Source of the DNA: Anthoceros angustus
Lineage: Eukaryota; Plantae; Anthocerotophyta
DNA length: 64,000 bases
Direction of reading: 5' to 3'
NCBI GenBank assembly: GCA_010909165.1
Contig: VJWM01000044.1
Location: 496,001 to 560,000, forward strand
The notes under the pieces are model-generated. The model was not told where the DNA came from and did no database searches. It worked only from the letters and a program-made list of their open reading frames with translations. Shown here piece by piece: positions 1-13,900 of this stretch (position 1 is its first letter; every line of letters begins with the position of its first letter). Position numbers and translations under genes: made by a program.

Positions 1-504
1 ATGACTCTAAGGAAGACATCAAAAGTTCTTCTATCTTATCCACATATCTTTGAGTAGAAATTGAAGTTCACTAGACAAGGATCTACTATTCTTGGATGAT
101 GCTCTTTGTTTCTTGTTCTATTATGCTTGGTCTTTAGTAGGATCTGTGTGCCATGTGTTATGATACGTTCTTTATCCTACTATATAGTCCTTAGTAGGTT
201 CTTAGTATGATTAAATCATATAAAATATAAATATTTGACTTAATTATTTACCTTTAAAAAGTATATATCTACTTATATAAAATATATATCTTATATATAA
301 GATTTTTGATACTATATTTTAAAATATAGAGCCAAACGAATTGACCTTTTATGTTCAGCTGGAATGGGTAGTTTAATTCTTTACGAGAGGACGGGGTCTA
401 CATTCCATTCCAAGGGACTGGTGCAGGTTATACATAGGTGTATTTTGTTTGCCTGAAGGCCCGGAGCTGATATTCCGCGCTTGACCGATTTCGTGAATCG
501 TCCG

Positions 505-1903
505 ATGGAGTCGCTGCTGGCGAACTATGGCGAATCCGATGACGAGGAGATCGCAGAAGTACAGGCGGGTGTCGGCGCTGCTCAGACCGTCGCGGGAAGT
601 TCTGTGCGGCCCTCATTGCGGGGCTGGCTTCCCCCGCCTGTAGTTGGGGATGGATCTCGGCCGAGGATCAGCCAGGCGCTCCCTGCTGCAAGGAGTCTGT
701 ATGAAACCCCTGCAGGAGGTGCAGATTTTTCAGGTCCTGAGGAGATTGGGGTGCAGGAGAAGGTTTTGCCGTCAGCTGCTGGTAGTGGCGTCTCAAAGGC
801 TCCGGCTGGGAGGAAGGTTGGGGGAATTGGAGGTGGATTGTCTTCAATGTTGCCTCCTCCGAAGAAAGGCTCGGGATCACAGAAGCGGACCGTGGAATTC
901 AAACCCCCAGTGAATACCGCATTGATGTACCAGGATGACGAGGAAGAAGAGGCGAGGCCAGCGAAGAAGAGGGTGGTCTCCGCAGCAGGAGGGGGCAAAA
1001 TAGGGCTTACCGCAATTCTGCCTCCTCCGAAGCACACCCTTGGGGTAGGATCGGCCTTGGGAGGAGGTGCCGGTGCGGGGGGACGACGGACTGTCATGGA
1101 AACGCAACGCCGGGTTTCCGCCGAGCCTGCAAGTGCAGAAGCAGCCAGTGTTGTTGATGCTGCTACTCCACAGGCCTGCAAGGACTTTCCACATGATGTT
1201 GCATGCGGAGCAGGCCAGCAGCAAGAGTTTGCTCAAGACCAATATACGGTACGTTGTTTTCCAGTTTTAGCCCTAATGGAGTTGAGGAATCTGGTGGGAA
1301 CAGCTGTTGATATGCTTGTTTGTCTCTGTGAACAGGCAACCGTCTATCAGGACCAAGGAACAAGCTATCCTGCAGACTATTCTTGGCAAGATCAACCTAG
1401 CGGCGTCGAATACGATATGGCTGGTTACGGGCCACCTTCTGGAGAGGGTTCTGGACAGCTGTTGCCCGTAACTGCAGACGATGCATTGGCACGAGTTTTG
1501 CAGGCCGAGCGGAGAAGGGGAAGGCCTCCAACTGTCATCGAAGTAAAGCAAGCTGACTTGACCAAAGGGAAGATTCGGGAGGACCAAGTATCGAGCACTG
1601 GCATTGCATTTGGTCCAGCTTACAAGGTGCGTGGGTGTCGTATGTATGTATGTGCGAATTCTTTTCTGTTTCTAGAAGTTTAGAGGAGCGGAGGTTACTG
1701 GTAAGTGCGCCTTCTGAACCATGGAATCTCTTTTGATGCAGCCTGCTGCAGCTACCAAGGACAAACCTTCGAAACTTCACAGGAGAAAGCACCAAATCGG
1801 GTCACTGTATTATGATATGCGGCAGAAAGAGATGGAGCTCAATGACCGTAGGTCTAGAGGGCAGCTGACAAAAGCCGAGACACAAGCCAAGTATGGCTGG
1901 TAG
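505..1903 (+). CDS. PRCC: PRCC-like proline-rich protein (3 exons: 505-1248, 1336-1626, 1742-1903)
   Basis: N-terminal MESLLANYGESDDEE and LPPPK motifs. C-terminus KPSKLHRRKHQIGSL...KAETQAKYGW matches the PRCC C-terminal motif. GT-AG introns 1249-1335 and 1627-1741 keep the frame. Confidence 0.85.
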
Positions 1904-2273
1904 AGCACACATTTTGTTTATGGTAGGCGAAAGGACTTCAGCCTCTCAAGCTCGACGAGAGATGAAATAATACAATCCCGACATCTCCGATGCAACCAAC
2001 ATGTGTTATGTAAAATATGGGATGAAACAAATTGCCGGGCAACGACCATCCATGAAGTCGCAACGACTACGCATGACTTCATCCAGATGCAAGAGGTGAC
2101 TCTCCAGGCGGCAGTTCAAGAAAACTGAACCTGTGAACTCAAAGATTATTCCCTAATTTATGGTAAGATGCAGCTATACAGCTTGGAACACTGAATCCTA
2201 TCACGAGATACATCAAAAATTGAACCGAACTTCCACTTGAACGTCCTCCTTCCTCGTTCTCGTCTACTAGATC

Positions 2274-3554
2274 CTATGCCATGATCTTGGCTGACTTCAG
2301 GTACAAGCTGTCCATGACCTTGCTGATGTTAGATATGGTGTCCAAGGTTGCAGGGTATATCCCATCAGGCTTGATGTCGTCAAAAATAATGAGACAACCA
2401 GCTCCTTGATCCAGAGTCCCTGAAAACTTCTTGTCCAAAATCATCTGGGAGAGTTTCTTCTCAACAGCATCTACTGGGAGGCCAATAAGGTCAGAGATGT
2501 GAGAAATCTCCACCCTTGAAAAAGGCTCAATCAGACGGCAGAGGTTCTGCTCCAGCAGTGTGTCATACAGTGATGACAGATGACGATGCACAATGGGATC
2601 CTCTTCTAATTGATCCCTGTAGGCGTTCAAAGCCTCCTCAAAAGCCTTGAGAGAGCGTTTGGCATATGCCTCTGCCACTGCCGACATTGCATCAAGCTCC
2701 GGGCCATTGTATTTGAGACCGGCCTTGGACGAAATCAAGCCACCGACATCCTCAGCTTGATTGGTCATGATTTTGCATAGCAGCATGTACTTGAGCGCAA
2801 ACACCGCTCGAGAATCCTCTAGGGCATTGAAAGCCTCGAAGGCTTCGAAGAAGTAACTGAAGCCGGTCTTGTAATCTTTCTCCTCGGCGTGGAGAATCCC
2901 ACTCTGAAGATCAATAGTCCCCTGCTGCGCTGGCGGCACATAAATAGCATTGGCCGCCGTCCTGGCAGCCGTCAAAGCAGCTTTGGCCTTGGCCAAATTC
3001 CTCAAGGAGAAGTGCAGCTTGCTTTCCAGCAAGTCGATATCCACCAGCAACAATTTGTCATCCAGGCGCCGCACTTCCCTAACTAGGTTAGGCAACAGAG
3101 ACAAAACCTCCGAAAACTCCTTGCTCTCCATCAACAGAGCTGCCAGCCTCGCCTCCACTCTTTGCCGCAGGAAGGTCCTCTTCTCCACCCGAGTCCACTC
3201 CACCATCTCGCGGCATAGCGAAATTTGCAGCGCCGTGGTCCCCGGGATCTTAGCTACCGCATCAATGATACCTCTCACAATTTTGGCAGTCTTGGCCTTG
3301 GGAATGAGCAGGAAGAAGGGGCGCAGCTCCGTGAGCAGGCTCCTGAGATCCTCTCCCCTTCTCTCCGCTGCCAGCAGGTCAGACAGAGACGCAATTGCCA
3401 CCTCCTTCACCCGAATAGCTTCATTTGTGGCCGAAGGATGCTGAATGATCTGGTGAAACAGCTGAATGGCCTTGGCAGGATCGACTTCCCGAATCTCCTC
3501 CGCTTGCGCAAGCGACTCCGCGTTCGGCACCAACGACGAGGTGGATGCAGCCAT
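2274..3554 (-). CDS. RPN6: 26S proteasome lid subunit RPN6/PSMD11, intronless CDS
   Basis: Motifs IPKAKTAKIVR, EKRTFLRQR, ARTAANAIY, SGILHAEEKDYKT, and PCI domain LLEQNLCRLIEPFSRV...LSQMILDKKFSGTLDQG. First in-frame ATG at 3554. Confidence 0.96.
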   Translation of the reverse strand: MAASTSSLVPNAESLAQAEEIREVDPAKAIQLFHQIIQHPSATNEAIRVKEVAIASLSDLLAAERRGEDLRSLLTELRPFFLLIPKAKTAKIVRGIIDAVAKIPGTTALQISLCREMVEWTRVEKRTFLRQRVEARLAALLMESKEFSEVLSLLPNLVREVRRLDDKLLLVDIDLLESKLHFSLRNLAKAKAALTAARTAANAIYVPPAQQGTIDLQSGILHAEEKDYKTGFSYFFEAFEAFNALEDSRAVFALKYMLLCKIMTNQAEDVGGLISSKAGLKYNGPELDAMSAVAEAYAKRSLKAFEEALNAYRDQLEEDPIVHRHLSSLYDTLLEQNLCRLIEPFSRVEISHISDLIGLPVDAVEKKLSQMILDKKFSGTLDQGAGCLIIFDDIKPDGIYPATLDTISNISKVMDSLYLKSAKIMA

Positions 3555-4391
3555 GGCTGCCTTCGTTGCGCAGCTGGCGCTCGAACACAAAAAGACCAGC
3601 ACCTCTCTCTCGCGCCCACACCCTAATTAAAAAGCACCAGTGTGTACCGCGCCTAGGGTGCGGGGTCTCTTTTGCTTCGCTCCCTGACCAGGCAGATATG
3701 TACATACATAGCGTAAGCTGTATACAAGTGTACGTATTCATTAGTTAGCAATTATTCAAGTTATGTTAAGCCGTTGCCAGCTGTTTGTACTGTTTGTTCC
3801 ATAGCTGCCCGCGCGCGCATCGTGTGATCGGCCTCGGGATTTAGCAAGGCTCGCGACTCCGTGCCACGTGAGTCCAAATGTAGGGAAGGAATCCTGGTTC
3901 TGTCTTCACACTCTGGCAAGGAAGGATATTTTCGCTGACGGGAAAAAAGAATGGTCTCATCGTAATTGAAGCAAAGCATGGGATACATCATGCATCTACA
4001 CAGCCTGATGTATCCCAAGCTCCTTTCCACAAAGTATGGCAGCAGTCTGTCGCGTTTCCGTTGTGCAGGGGCAGAGTTAACCTTGGAGAACCAAACTATG
4101 TATCACAAGAGAGTCACAGGATTTATCGCAAGAGACCCTAAGTGAAGAGGTCTAGACCTCAGAATTGCATCGGAATTTGTCACACGGTCTCCTCTCACGA
4201 TAGACCTAAAACCTGAAGTAGATGGAACAACTGAGAGGTTGGAAGATGATACGAATTCAGGACTTGAAAAATACGCAGGCAGCAGCAGTGAAAGGAGGTG
4301 TAGTCTATATGAGCACAGAAGCATGCGTGGAACCGAACTGCAGATCAGACATACAGCTTGCAATAAGGAGAAGAAGAAAGCAGTTTAGGGG

Positions 4392-4560
4392 AGGCTATGA
4401 TACAGAGGTGCACAGAGTGCTGCCAAAGCTTGCAACAACAACAGCAAGAAGAATTCATGGAAGGCAGGCTATAATACAGAGGTGCACAGAGTGCTGCCAA
4501 AGCTTGCAACAACAACAGCAAGAAGAATTCATGGAAGGCACATAATACAATGTTGCAGCG
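4392..4560. repeat. ~74-bp tandem repeat, 2 copies plus a partial third
   Basis: atacagaggtgcacagagtgctgccaaagcttgcaacaacaacagcaagaagaattcatggaaggca occurs twice back to back, followed by taatacaa...agtgctgcca. Confidence 0.85.
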
Positions 4561-5316
4561 AGTGCTGCCATCTGCTCCAATGGTGTTCAGATTTGCCAAA
4601 TGAGGGAGACATCGTTGCACACGATCCGCTTGCATTCCTCAACATATCCGCTAGCTCCAGGATCACTAACGAAGGGGTCTGGTACGCGGACAAGACGGCG
4701 GCTGCGATGTGGAGGAGACTGCAAATATGCTTACATGTGCGGCCCCGACCACCCCGAGATTAGGCGGCTGGGCGGATGAGAAGCAGTGAGAAGGGAGCAT
4801 TGGCGCGGAGGAGGAGCAACGAGGTCGGGGCCTGGCAGAAGCTTGAGCGGCATGCCAGCCTTGGCGCGCGACCAGCTGGAGCTGGCATAGGCAGGGAGGG
4901 GAAGGGCGTGTAGCTCGGCCCACGGTTGTAACGTGGTCCACTACAGTTGCCTGGTTACGAGGAGAGGAGCACGGATCGGAGTAAAGGCAGAGGGGCCCCA
5001 TGGCAGACTCTGATCGCGGCCAGGGATGGTGCTGGAGTGGGGCGCACAATCGCTCACTCCGCGGACTCGGCTGCAGCAGGAGCAGCGACGGCGCGCGGCT
5101 GTGCCGGGGGCGGGGCTAGGGGTGGTGCAAGGGCTCGGGGGCCGGCGCACCGGGGCGCTGCTCTTCGCGCAGCTGGCGCTCAACCTGCTGCTCTTCGCAG
5201 GCTGGTGGCATTCTTTCTACTCCGTGCAGCCGGGGAGCGATCGGCAGGAGCTGGAGCAGCACGGTGAGGAGCGGGAGCAGCACGGTGAGGAGCGGCTCAT
5301 GAGCGTGGAGATCAGC

Positions 5317-6494
5317 ATGGCCCGCCCCGCCCGCAGTTCCTACTCTTCGGGGACTCCATCACGCAGCAGTCGTTCCGGCCGGGGGGCTGGGGCGCCGCCC
5401 TCGCGGATCGCTACTCCCGTAAGGTCTCCTCTCGTCCACCCTGCTGGCTCTGTCCGGATGCCGCGATTCCTGTGTCGTGCTTGCCCGTCTCACCATATGC
5501 TTGTGTTTGCGCAGGCGGATGTTGTTCTGCGCGGCTACAGCGGGTACAACACGCGCTGGGCCATGTACCTGCTTGACAGGATTTTCCCTCCTGTAAGACT
5601 GCAATTCGGTGTTCCTGTTGCTGCATTTGCAGGAAGGATGGGGAATGACGTGGAAAGTCTGTGGTGCAGAAATCCGAAGTCACACCTTCGCTAGTTACTG
5701 TATTCTTTGGTGCGAATGATGCAGCCTTGCCGGATAGAGGCAACCAGCACCAGCATGTGCCGGTGTCCGAGTACCAGGAGAACTTGCACCGGATTGTAGC
5801 GCACCTCAAGGTTGGGGGAGGAGGATCCTGCGTTGCGTCCATGGATCTGTCCAGCTTCCTGCGTTGGGCTTGACCGGATGCCTTTTTGATTCAGGGCCTT
5901 TCGGACTCGATGCTCATCGTGCTCATCACTCCCCCTCCCGTGGATGAGGAGGGGCGCCTCGCTCATGCCAGGTCTGTCTCCCTTCTTGTCATCTGCTACA
6001 CGAGGTCCTACCTAGGGTTCACGACTCGAGCTCACCCCTGCGCTGCACATGTGCTTCAGGGTCATGTATGGAGACAATGCCGTGGAGATTCCGGAGCGCA
6101 CGAATGAGATTGCAGGGCTGTATGCACGGGCCTGTCAAGCTGTGGCCAGAGATGAGAATGTTCCCGTCATCGATCTGTGGTCTGCGATTCAAGCAAAACA
6201 CAACTGGCAGGAGTTTTATCTTAGGTACTGCTTCTGGCCTCCTGCCTCCTCCTGCTTGCTTGCATCTTGCGTAGCTCAGTAGTCTCAAACAACACATTCT
6301 CTTCCTTCTGTACGTGCAGTGACGGCCTGCACTTGACAGCCGCCGGCAATTCCGTTGTGTTCGAGGAACTGGTGAAGGTCCTGGACAATCCCACTGAGGG
6401 TGCTTCTTTAGGCGCGGATTCCTTGCCTATGGATTATCCAGAGCACTCGCATGTGGACTCAAGTGATCCAGCCAAGACCTTCTCGGACTTGTAG
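5317..6494 (+). CDS. GDSL/SGNH hydrolase, IAH1/CPRD49-like, 6 exons; 5' end has a frame problem
   Basis: Spliced blocks PQFLLFGDSITQQSF..GGWGAALADRYSRK / ADVVLRGYSGYNTRWA / VTVFFGANDAA / VLITPPPVDE / VIDLWS / DGLHLT give SGNH blocks I, II, III and V. The ATG at 5317 is one base out of frame with block I. An upstream ORF from 5026 adds a hydrophobic segment. Confidence 0.85.
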
Positions 6495-7150
6495 GGCCAA
6501 GGGTATCGCTGTCTTCCAGCGGTACCTTTCGGAAGTGTATGTAGTGAGAAGCAAAGGTTCTGCAAGATGCCATCCTTTTATGTGGCAGCCCCTCGTGGGT
6601 GGATATTAAGTCGTTGTCGAACACTTTCCTCGGCACTCGGCCACAATATGTTCCCGTCTCCTGTGCTTTTCTCACCTGCCTAGGAGAGGATCTTGTCTCC
6701 TTTATGTAGTCTGGCACTAATCGGCACTTGTGTTCCGCAGACAGAGACGCGATCCTCTTCCTCCATCCTGGCGTCCCAATGGTCGGGCACGTCCATGCTG
6801 CTGGAAAGTACAACTTTCTTCTCCCTGTTCCCTTACATTCCATTTATGTCTGTGATATGCATTGCCCAAGCGATCTCACGGACACTGCTCGTTTCTGCTG
6901 TAACATTATTTTATTCAGCTATTTGATTGTTTATTCAGCCATTCGATTGTTTTTTCAGCCATTCGGTCTCCGAAATCAGCAAGTTTGCTACCTAGGTAGA
7001 CAAAGTAAAGGTATATTATTGCTAAGCTTGAATGCGTTATCTACTGAGGGACTGGCCGGTCTCTACCCCTCAAAGCACGAGATCTCTATTGTTGCAAGCT
7101 TCCTCCAATCCGCATGTCCGTAAACGTTTCCTGAACGTATCAAATTGCGT

Positions 7151-7890
7151 TCAAAACTGTCGTGTGTTCCGCAAACCCCTGGAAATGTGGATCCACTCCT
7201 CATCCTGCGCGGCCTCAATTGCCGATTTCTTCATCGGAGGAGGCTCTCTGCCCTCCCTGATAGCCTTCCTCCTCTCCGCTTTCCACGTCTCCTCTACTGC
7301 CTTACGGGCTTCTGCATCTTCGGCCTGTATCAAGCACAAAAAGGGACCCCAACTTCAGTGCGGGTAATCAACAACAAAGAAGGAATCCACGGTAGATTAT
7401 CCCAAACTCACCTCAACCACATCGCGAGCCGCATCCCGAAACAGCCCCTTCTGCATCAACTCCAGCTGACGCCAAGCAAACTTCCGGGCAGGCGGGGGAT
7501 CGAAGCTCGTCAGGCTGCCAGAAACAGGAACAGGAACATCACATACCTTCTTCCCGTAACACGCGAGAGAGGAATTGCCACAGCCGCGAAGGGGAGGGAA
7601 GCTCACTCTATCGCCGTGCAAACGGTGTTGGGGTGACGAGCGTAGTAGGATTCCACCAGCCGATCCTCAGGATAGCGTATCTTGGGAGGCCTCTTGGTCC
7701 GAGTCTGGCTCGCAGCCGGCGGGACGCTGCACCGTCATGCACACAGAGTGAGTCGGGTGCTTGCGGGCACCTGCAATCGCAACCACAGATCCCACCTCTC
7801 CACAGCGTCCAGCCATCGAGGCTTGGTCACGATGTCGCCTTTCATCAGAAGGCGCGTCTTGGTGAGCAGGTTCCCTTTCATGAACGACAT
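7151..7890 (-). CDS. Mitochondrial ribosomal protein mS23-like (4 exons), not shown whole in the ORF track
   Basis: Manual splicing gives MSFMKGNLLTKTRLLMKGDIVTKPRWLDAVE / VPPA...PPKIRYPEDRLVESYYARHP / LTSFDPPPARKFAWRQLELMQKG / AEDAEARK...KKSAIEAAQDEE. This resembles plant mS23 (MSFMxGDLLxKTR, PxWL, PED, FDPPPAR). Confidence 0.8.
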
Positions 7891-7969
7891 CGCGCCTGCT
7901 CAAGGCTCTCGACTCCGCGGTGGTCACAACATGTACAAGTGCGTCGACGCTAGAATAGCGGCAGTGTCA

Positions 7970-10900
7970 TCAGATCCAAGGTTGCCATCCCACCCATGTG
8001 CGGCCATAAACGTTAGGGTCGGTGGCCTGGTCCAGCAGACAGTCTACTTGTTCCTGCACAGACTCGCACCTCTCTTTGATGACACGAGCGCGTATGTTCC
8101 TACTGGGGGCTCCGCGGACGATGCCTTCCAGTGCAGGCATGTAGGGCTTGCCTGCATGGATGGAACTCCGAAGCTCAGCGACGGTGATTTCTGCAGGGTT
8201 CCACAGATCCAGCTTTCGATGGGCATGCTCGATCTTCAGCTCCACATGCTGCTGCTCATGACTCGGGCCTGCCTGGCCGTCCTCCCCCAGCTCTTGCAAA
8301 GCATCGGCGGGTGCAGCCCCCTTTCGAAGGGTAGCTGTGCGTGCGGCTTCTGTCCGCCAGTCGACCAGAGGCTCTTTCACAAAGATATCCAGGACAGCTC
8401 CTATTTCTTCCCTGCGGGCATGGAGTGCCGACATAGCTCGAACCATGTCATTCCGCAGTAGAGCTATAGCATCCAGAGGCCGAAGGTAGTCAAGCATTTG
8501 CCGGGTCAGCCTGAATGGTATCAGCTCTGGGACGGGCAGAAGAATGACTGCAGTGCCAAAGCTGTACCCGAAGTCGATTGGGACCAAGGACCCACATTCC
8601 ATGTCAATCAGCATGTTTCCAAGGTGCCTGTCCCCGACTCCCGCCACATAGCCATACACACTTACCACTGACAGGCTTCGAGCGAACTGAGACCGCATAG
8701 AGAGGTATGCCTCGGCACTTGTTGACAACTTCGACATCCCTTGTCTGAGGGCATCCCAGGGCATCTGGGAGTGCAGAACCGCCATTTCCTGGGCGACGTC
8801 TCTGTACTCTAGACTGGTATAGGAGTTGGCGTAGCATGCAGGAAGGTTCTGTGATCTTCCCTTTTGTGTGATCCAATCCACATACTGCTCGGTCAGACTC
8901 TGGAAGAGCATGTCACCCCGTTTGTTTTGCTGGTAGCCATCAGGAGACACGGCCTTCGAGCTCAACCCATCTTTTATTACATCCTGTAGCACTCTAGTAT
9001 GCTCCACAAACCGAAGCAGACCACAACGCCTGGACACTGCGATAACAGCAAAGGTGGGCACCGATAACGCTCTCCTGGAACATGCAGAGTCCCTCCGCAA
9101 TATGTCGTTCATCACTTCAAATAGTTGCTCTATCCTTTGATCTAGACGTAGATCTTCACCTCCCTTCACAACAAATTTGTACTCCTTTTCATCTGACCCT
9201 CTCATAGTAAGAATCTTGGGACGTTGCTTTGAGGACAAGGTCACTACCGTCTGTTCAAAACCAACCAGCTTTACGTGCCTTTCAGGGTCAGGCTTATGTA
9301 GTCCAGTATACTGTCCAGGAACTTCGATGGCATAATTTCCACGTACACCATCTGGACGAGACACACTACCTGCCTGAGTAAGTGTTTCCAGTCCTCCGTA
9401 CTGGTCGAACTGCGCCATCCATCTGGAAAGGGAAGCAAGACTCTGATTTCCAGCTGGCAGCATCTGCACAGCTTTCTGCAGGTTGGAAAAGACATCCTTC
9501 ATTGCAGCTGTGAATTCTGCCTCGTCCATTGCTAGCAGTTTTTCACCCTTCTCCCCAAAAGCTTTCAAGACTTGCTTGCAGTAGCTTTGAGCGAATTTGG
9601 TATTGTATTCTCCTGACAAACGAGTATCTTTCTTCATGTCCTGCAAGTCAAGAGAGTCTTCAAAGACCTGGCACAAAACCTCCTGTGCCTTCTTCCTGTC
9701 ACCAGTGATTAAACAGTACTTTATCTGAGAAAGACCATCTTGCAAACGTTGTTCCGGGAAAGTTAGATCCTCTAGAGCCCTGGCAAAACCCTCTTGAACT
9801 GGATGTCTCAGATAAAGCGCTAACTTTTCAGTCCTTCGCCTCCCAGTGCTCTTGAAGTCACCTTTGCTAACTTGAAATTGATGATACAATGCTTGAGGAT
9901 ACAACCTTGCCACATCTTCCAGGAGCTTCACAAAAACAGCTCCCACGTCTTCATCCATTGTAGCCAGCATCTGTGGTATCCAAGCAACAAAAAGCCATTT
10001 TGGAATATCCTCAGCAAAGCTCTGAAACTCCTGCATTGTCTGAGGGTACTGAGTAACCAGAGAAAGAAGTCTTGCCACACTCTGCTGGCCTTGCGAAGAA
10101 CTGTCCAGAGACACGGCTTTGCTCAGGTTTTCCACAATCAATCTGGGGTATACTGATGCAGATGGCAGGCCCATCCCACCACTTCCCTCTCTTAACACCT
10201 CCCTTATTTGGTCCCCCCATTTCAAATCCTTACTGGCTTTTAGCAGCTCATCACAAAAGGCCCCAAATCTGTATATGGCCTTTGCAGAGTTTCGTACTGA
10301 ACACTCAGCACTACCTGCACTCTTGAAATCTGCAAGCTTACCTACTAACTCGTTTAGAACTGCAAACGTAGACCCTAACCTGGATCCACCGTCATTGAGA
10401 GCAATTCTGTTAACCTTACTTTTCGGCAAACACTCCAGTAAAGACCATCCTATGTGGGACAAAATATTTGCCTCATTCAGTTTCAAACCGATCAACCACT
10501 TGGGGTCAATCGATGCTCCTCTTCTTTGTGCCGTGCGCTGGATGTATTGAAGCACCTGGAAACAAACTACACATAAGAATCTAAAACTTAATGAGAATTA
10601 GTGGCTCGACCATAGACGTCGTGTGACATGAGGGACGAACCTTCTCACGTAGTGCTACACCTTCCTTGACGTTAATACGCTGAGTCCTGTCGGCCTGGAG
10701 GTTTTGCAGCTTTACAAGTCTCTTGAAGGACTGGTAGTCATGGTCATCATTCCCTGTTTCAGCTTGTTTCAAAGCCTGATACTCCTGCATATATCCCTGC
10801 CACAGGATGAGCATGTTGAAAGTAGTCAGCAAACATAATTTGCTCCCAGTCCAACAGCACGTCTGCTGGTTTCTCACCTATTTGGAGAACATGCTCGAAA

Positions 10901-13900
10901 ATATGGCTTCTAGTAAGTAACGCAAAACGGAGCACTATTTTCTAGAGCTCGTTGTGTAACATTATGTGAAAACTTAAGGCAAATGAGTCAGTTCAAGATG
11001 TCACAAACCTTGGCAACTGTGTAAGCTCCAATGTCCGTAAGTCCTCTTGCCGCCTCAAGATAGATATGTGCTCTTTCAGCATCAAGTTGGGTAGCTAGGA
11101 ACAGTCCTGATTGACGTGGTGCATTGTCAGGGACACGTCTACTGAGCATACCCTGAATTTTGTTGAAAAATAAGAGGCGCCTTTTGACAACGTCATCCCA
11201 TGCGTCGACTCCACACATCTCAGCTGAAGGCCATCGGTTTCTCCATTTCATGAGCAGTCTGCCTCAAAAACACACGAGGTCGTTAGTAAGGTAACACAGA
11301 TGAGGCAGAGGAAGAGCAACAAACGCTGAAAAGGCTCGTACTGTTGAAGCTCATCTTGGCTCCCCCTTGTCAGGTACTCGATAAACTCCTCATGTTCAAC
11401 AATCTTCTGCAGCTGTTGCACCTGAAGATGTCGGCTCCCAACTGCCAAGGGGTGCAGCACCGTCCAATTCCTTCTGAAAATTTTGTAACACTCTGTCAAG
11501 TAGAGACGGGCACGATCAAATTGATCACTAGCAACTGCTAGATGCAGAAGCTCTATGCTGAAGTTTTCAAGCAGAAGGATCTCCCTTGATGGATTTTCCA
11601 GTGACTTTTGAACAAATTTCATCAGCTGTGAGTGATAGCTTGTCAGTTTTGCAGCTCCTCTTACAAACAACCCTAAGTATGGCTCCTTATACTTTGGGTC
11701 CCAAAACTTTTCAACTGTCTGATCATCAATTTCGTCTCCTATCTCATAGATCGATTCCTGCACCAAAGTTTGCCAGCTGTTTAACTCCACCAAGCATGCG
11801 CGACGTTGTCGATCCCATATATCAATCTCAGATTTTGAGATTTGACCACCACCCAATGCTGTCATAGCATCTGGAAAGCAACTCTAGTGAGGCAGCAAGC
11901 AAAAAAAGAACTCAAGTGAGACAACACTCCTCAGTACTCCTGAGAGCGTAACGACTTGCCTCACAGGGTAACAGATTCCAACAACAGCTGTAGGGGCCTT
12001 ACCAGTGTTGTTCTCCAACTGATCAACTTGGTCAAGATATGTATCGTAGAGAGCTAAAGCCCTGCTGTAATCACCTTCAAGCTGTGCTTCTAACGCATCT
12101 TTGGTTCTGTTCTGCTTGGCAATATGTTTTTGGTACAGTGCCAGGACTATGTCTGCCTCCCCAAGAGATTCATACAGATGAGCAAGCTCCAACCATGCCT
12201 CATCCACAGAGGGCAGAGAATGAAATACTTGCCCTACTATCCCCTTGTGTCGTTTGCTGTTTTGTACAGGGGCAGGTCCTCCGTCATAGCAGACCTGACT
12301 TTCGAGAAGCATTATGCCGGAATGAAAGTTATGCGACTTTGAGCTTGTACATCCTACAAGCTCTGGCCTTATCCAGATGCTCGGATCCTCCAGGCAAAGA
12401 GAGTGTAAGCAAGCAACAAATGAGATTCCATGACGCGTTTGTGCTAAAGCAGCTTCAATTCCGCGTTTCAACTGAGCCTTCAGTCCCTGCCCTGTATCTT
12501 GGATTTGATTTGCTGGAAGAGACAGAACTGCTGTACTTAATATTTTAAAGGTAAGCCTAGCAAATGTTGTGTCTCTCGCTGCCAAAGCTGCCAGCAGTTT
12601 TATGACGTCCTCATTTTTTATTTGAATGTCCGGTAATTCCCCTGCCATAACCACATGGTCATACGCATTACGTGATGAAATAAGGAAGCATAACTCTACC
12701 AAACAAGGGAGAATATCTCATAATATATAAAGGAAAGCATCCAGAGCAATGGCATGTTCCTACAGGTTCTCTTCCTGTGCTTCAGTCACATATGAGGCCA
12801 AGGACAGGACTATTGGGTTCCCAATTTATCCGCTTAGAATAGAATCAGCAATTTCGACTTATTTGATACTCACCACTACGATACTGACGCATCATATGCA
12901 CCTTGTTGCAGCGCTCTAATGTTTGTTGCTGGAGACGAGCTTCCCTCCGCCTATCTGCGTTCTGCTTACCCCGAATAGCACTTGCACGCACAATACTCGA
13001 ACGCTGGACCCTCTTCAAGTTTGCTGCTGAGTTCACCATTGCAACCGAGTCCTCTCCCTGCCCAGTTGGTGTTTGGGACAGTGCAAACAGGGAGCTCCCG
13101 GCAGTTTCCAGGGAGCCTGGAGACTCTGTCTGAGACAATGAAAATGATGGTGCTATTGTAGCTCGAATCATCCCTGGCTTCCTAGCTATTTGCAAACCGC
13201 CTCTTTCAGAAGACTCCGGGAGGCCATCTCTCTCTGTTGAGCTCAGAGACAATTGCGTGGCAGAGAAGAGAGGTGTCATTGGGAGGCTTCCACCTTGCCA
13301 GGAGGTATTGATTGTTTGCTCATGAAACTCACAATCAGAAAGAGGTGCGTCAAATATTGGCCGTGTGTAATCCACTGACTCCTTGCAAAGCTACAATATC
13401 ACAATAATCAACGGGTTAGTGCACAATGCTAGAGACATATTTTGGTTCTACTCAACCGAAAATATTCCAAGTCAGCTTCGGTCACATTCGCTGAAGGGCA
13501 GTCACTAATTTCTCACCTGCAAGAGAAGAGCATCTGTGTACTGGGCCCAATGTTCCTCAATTCCAGGGTCATACATTTTGCTCAGCAACTCTGTGAAACG
13601 CGCTGTCAGATCTGATGACAGTTTTGAATGCCAGAAACTTTGCACAAAGTACCTGATTGGATCTGCTCCGTCACAAAGTCCCCAAAGCAAGTAATGGAGA
13701 ACTGTCTGTTCATTCTTCATTCCCTTACTGTCATAGAGGAATATGAGCACATCATAGAACCTCTTCCGACAATCTGCATTCTCATGCTCTCTAAATGTTG
13801 CACAGAGGACTGGAAGCACCTTCTCCTGAATGAGTTCTATCCGCATATCCTGTAGCAACTGTAATAACAGATCCAGTGCCTTAAGCTGAGCGGTTTCATC

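Noticed and set aside
4190-4260. KPEVDGTTERL resembling an LTR integrase motif
   Set aside because: Too short, with no other supporting motifs recognised.
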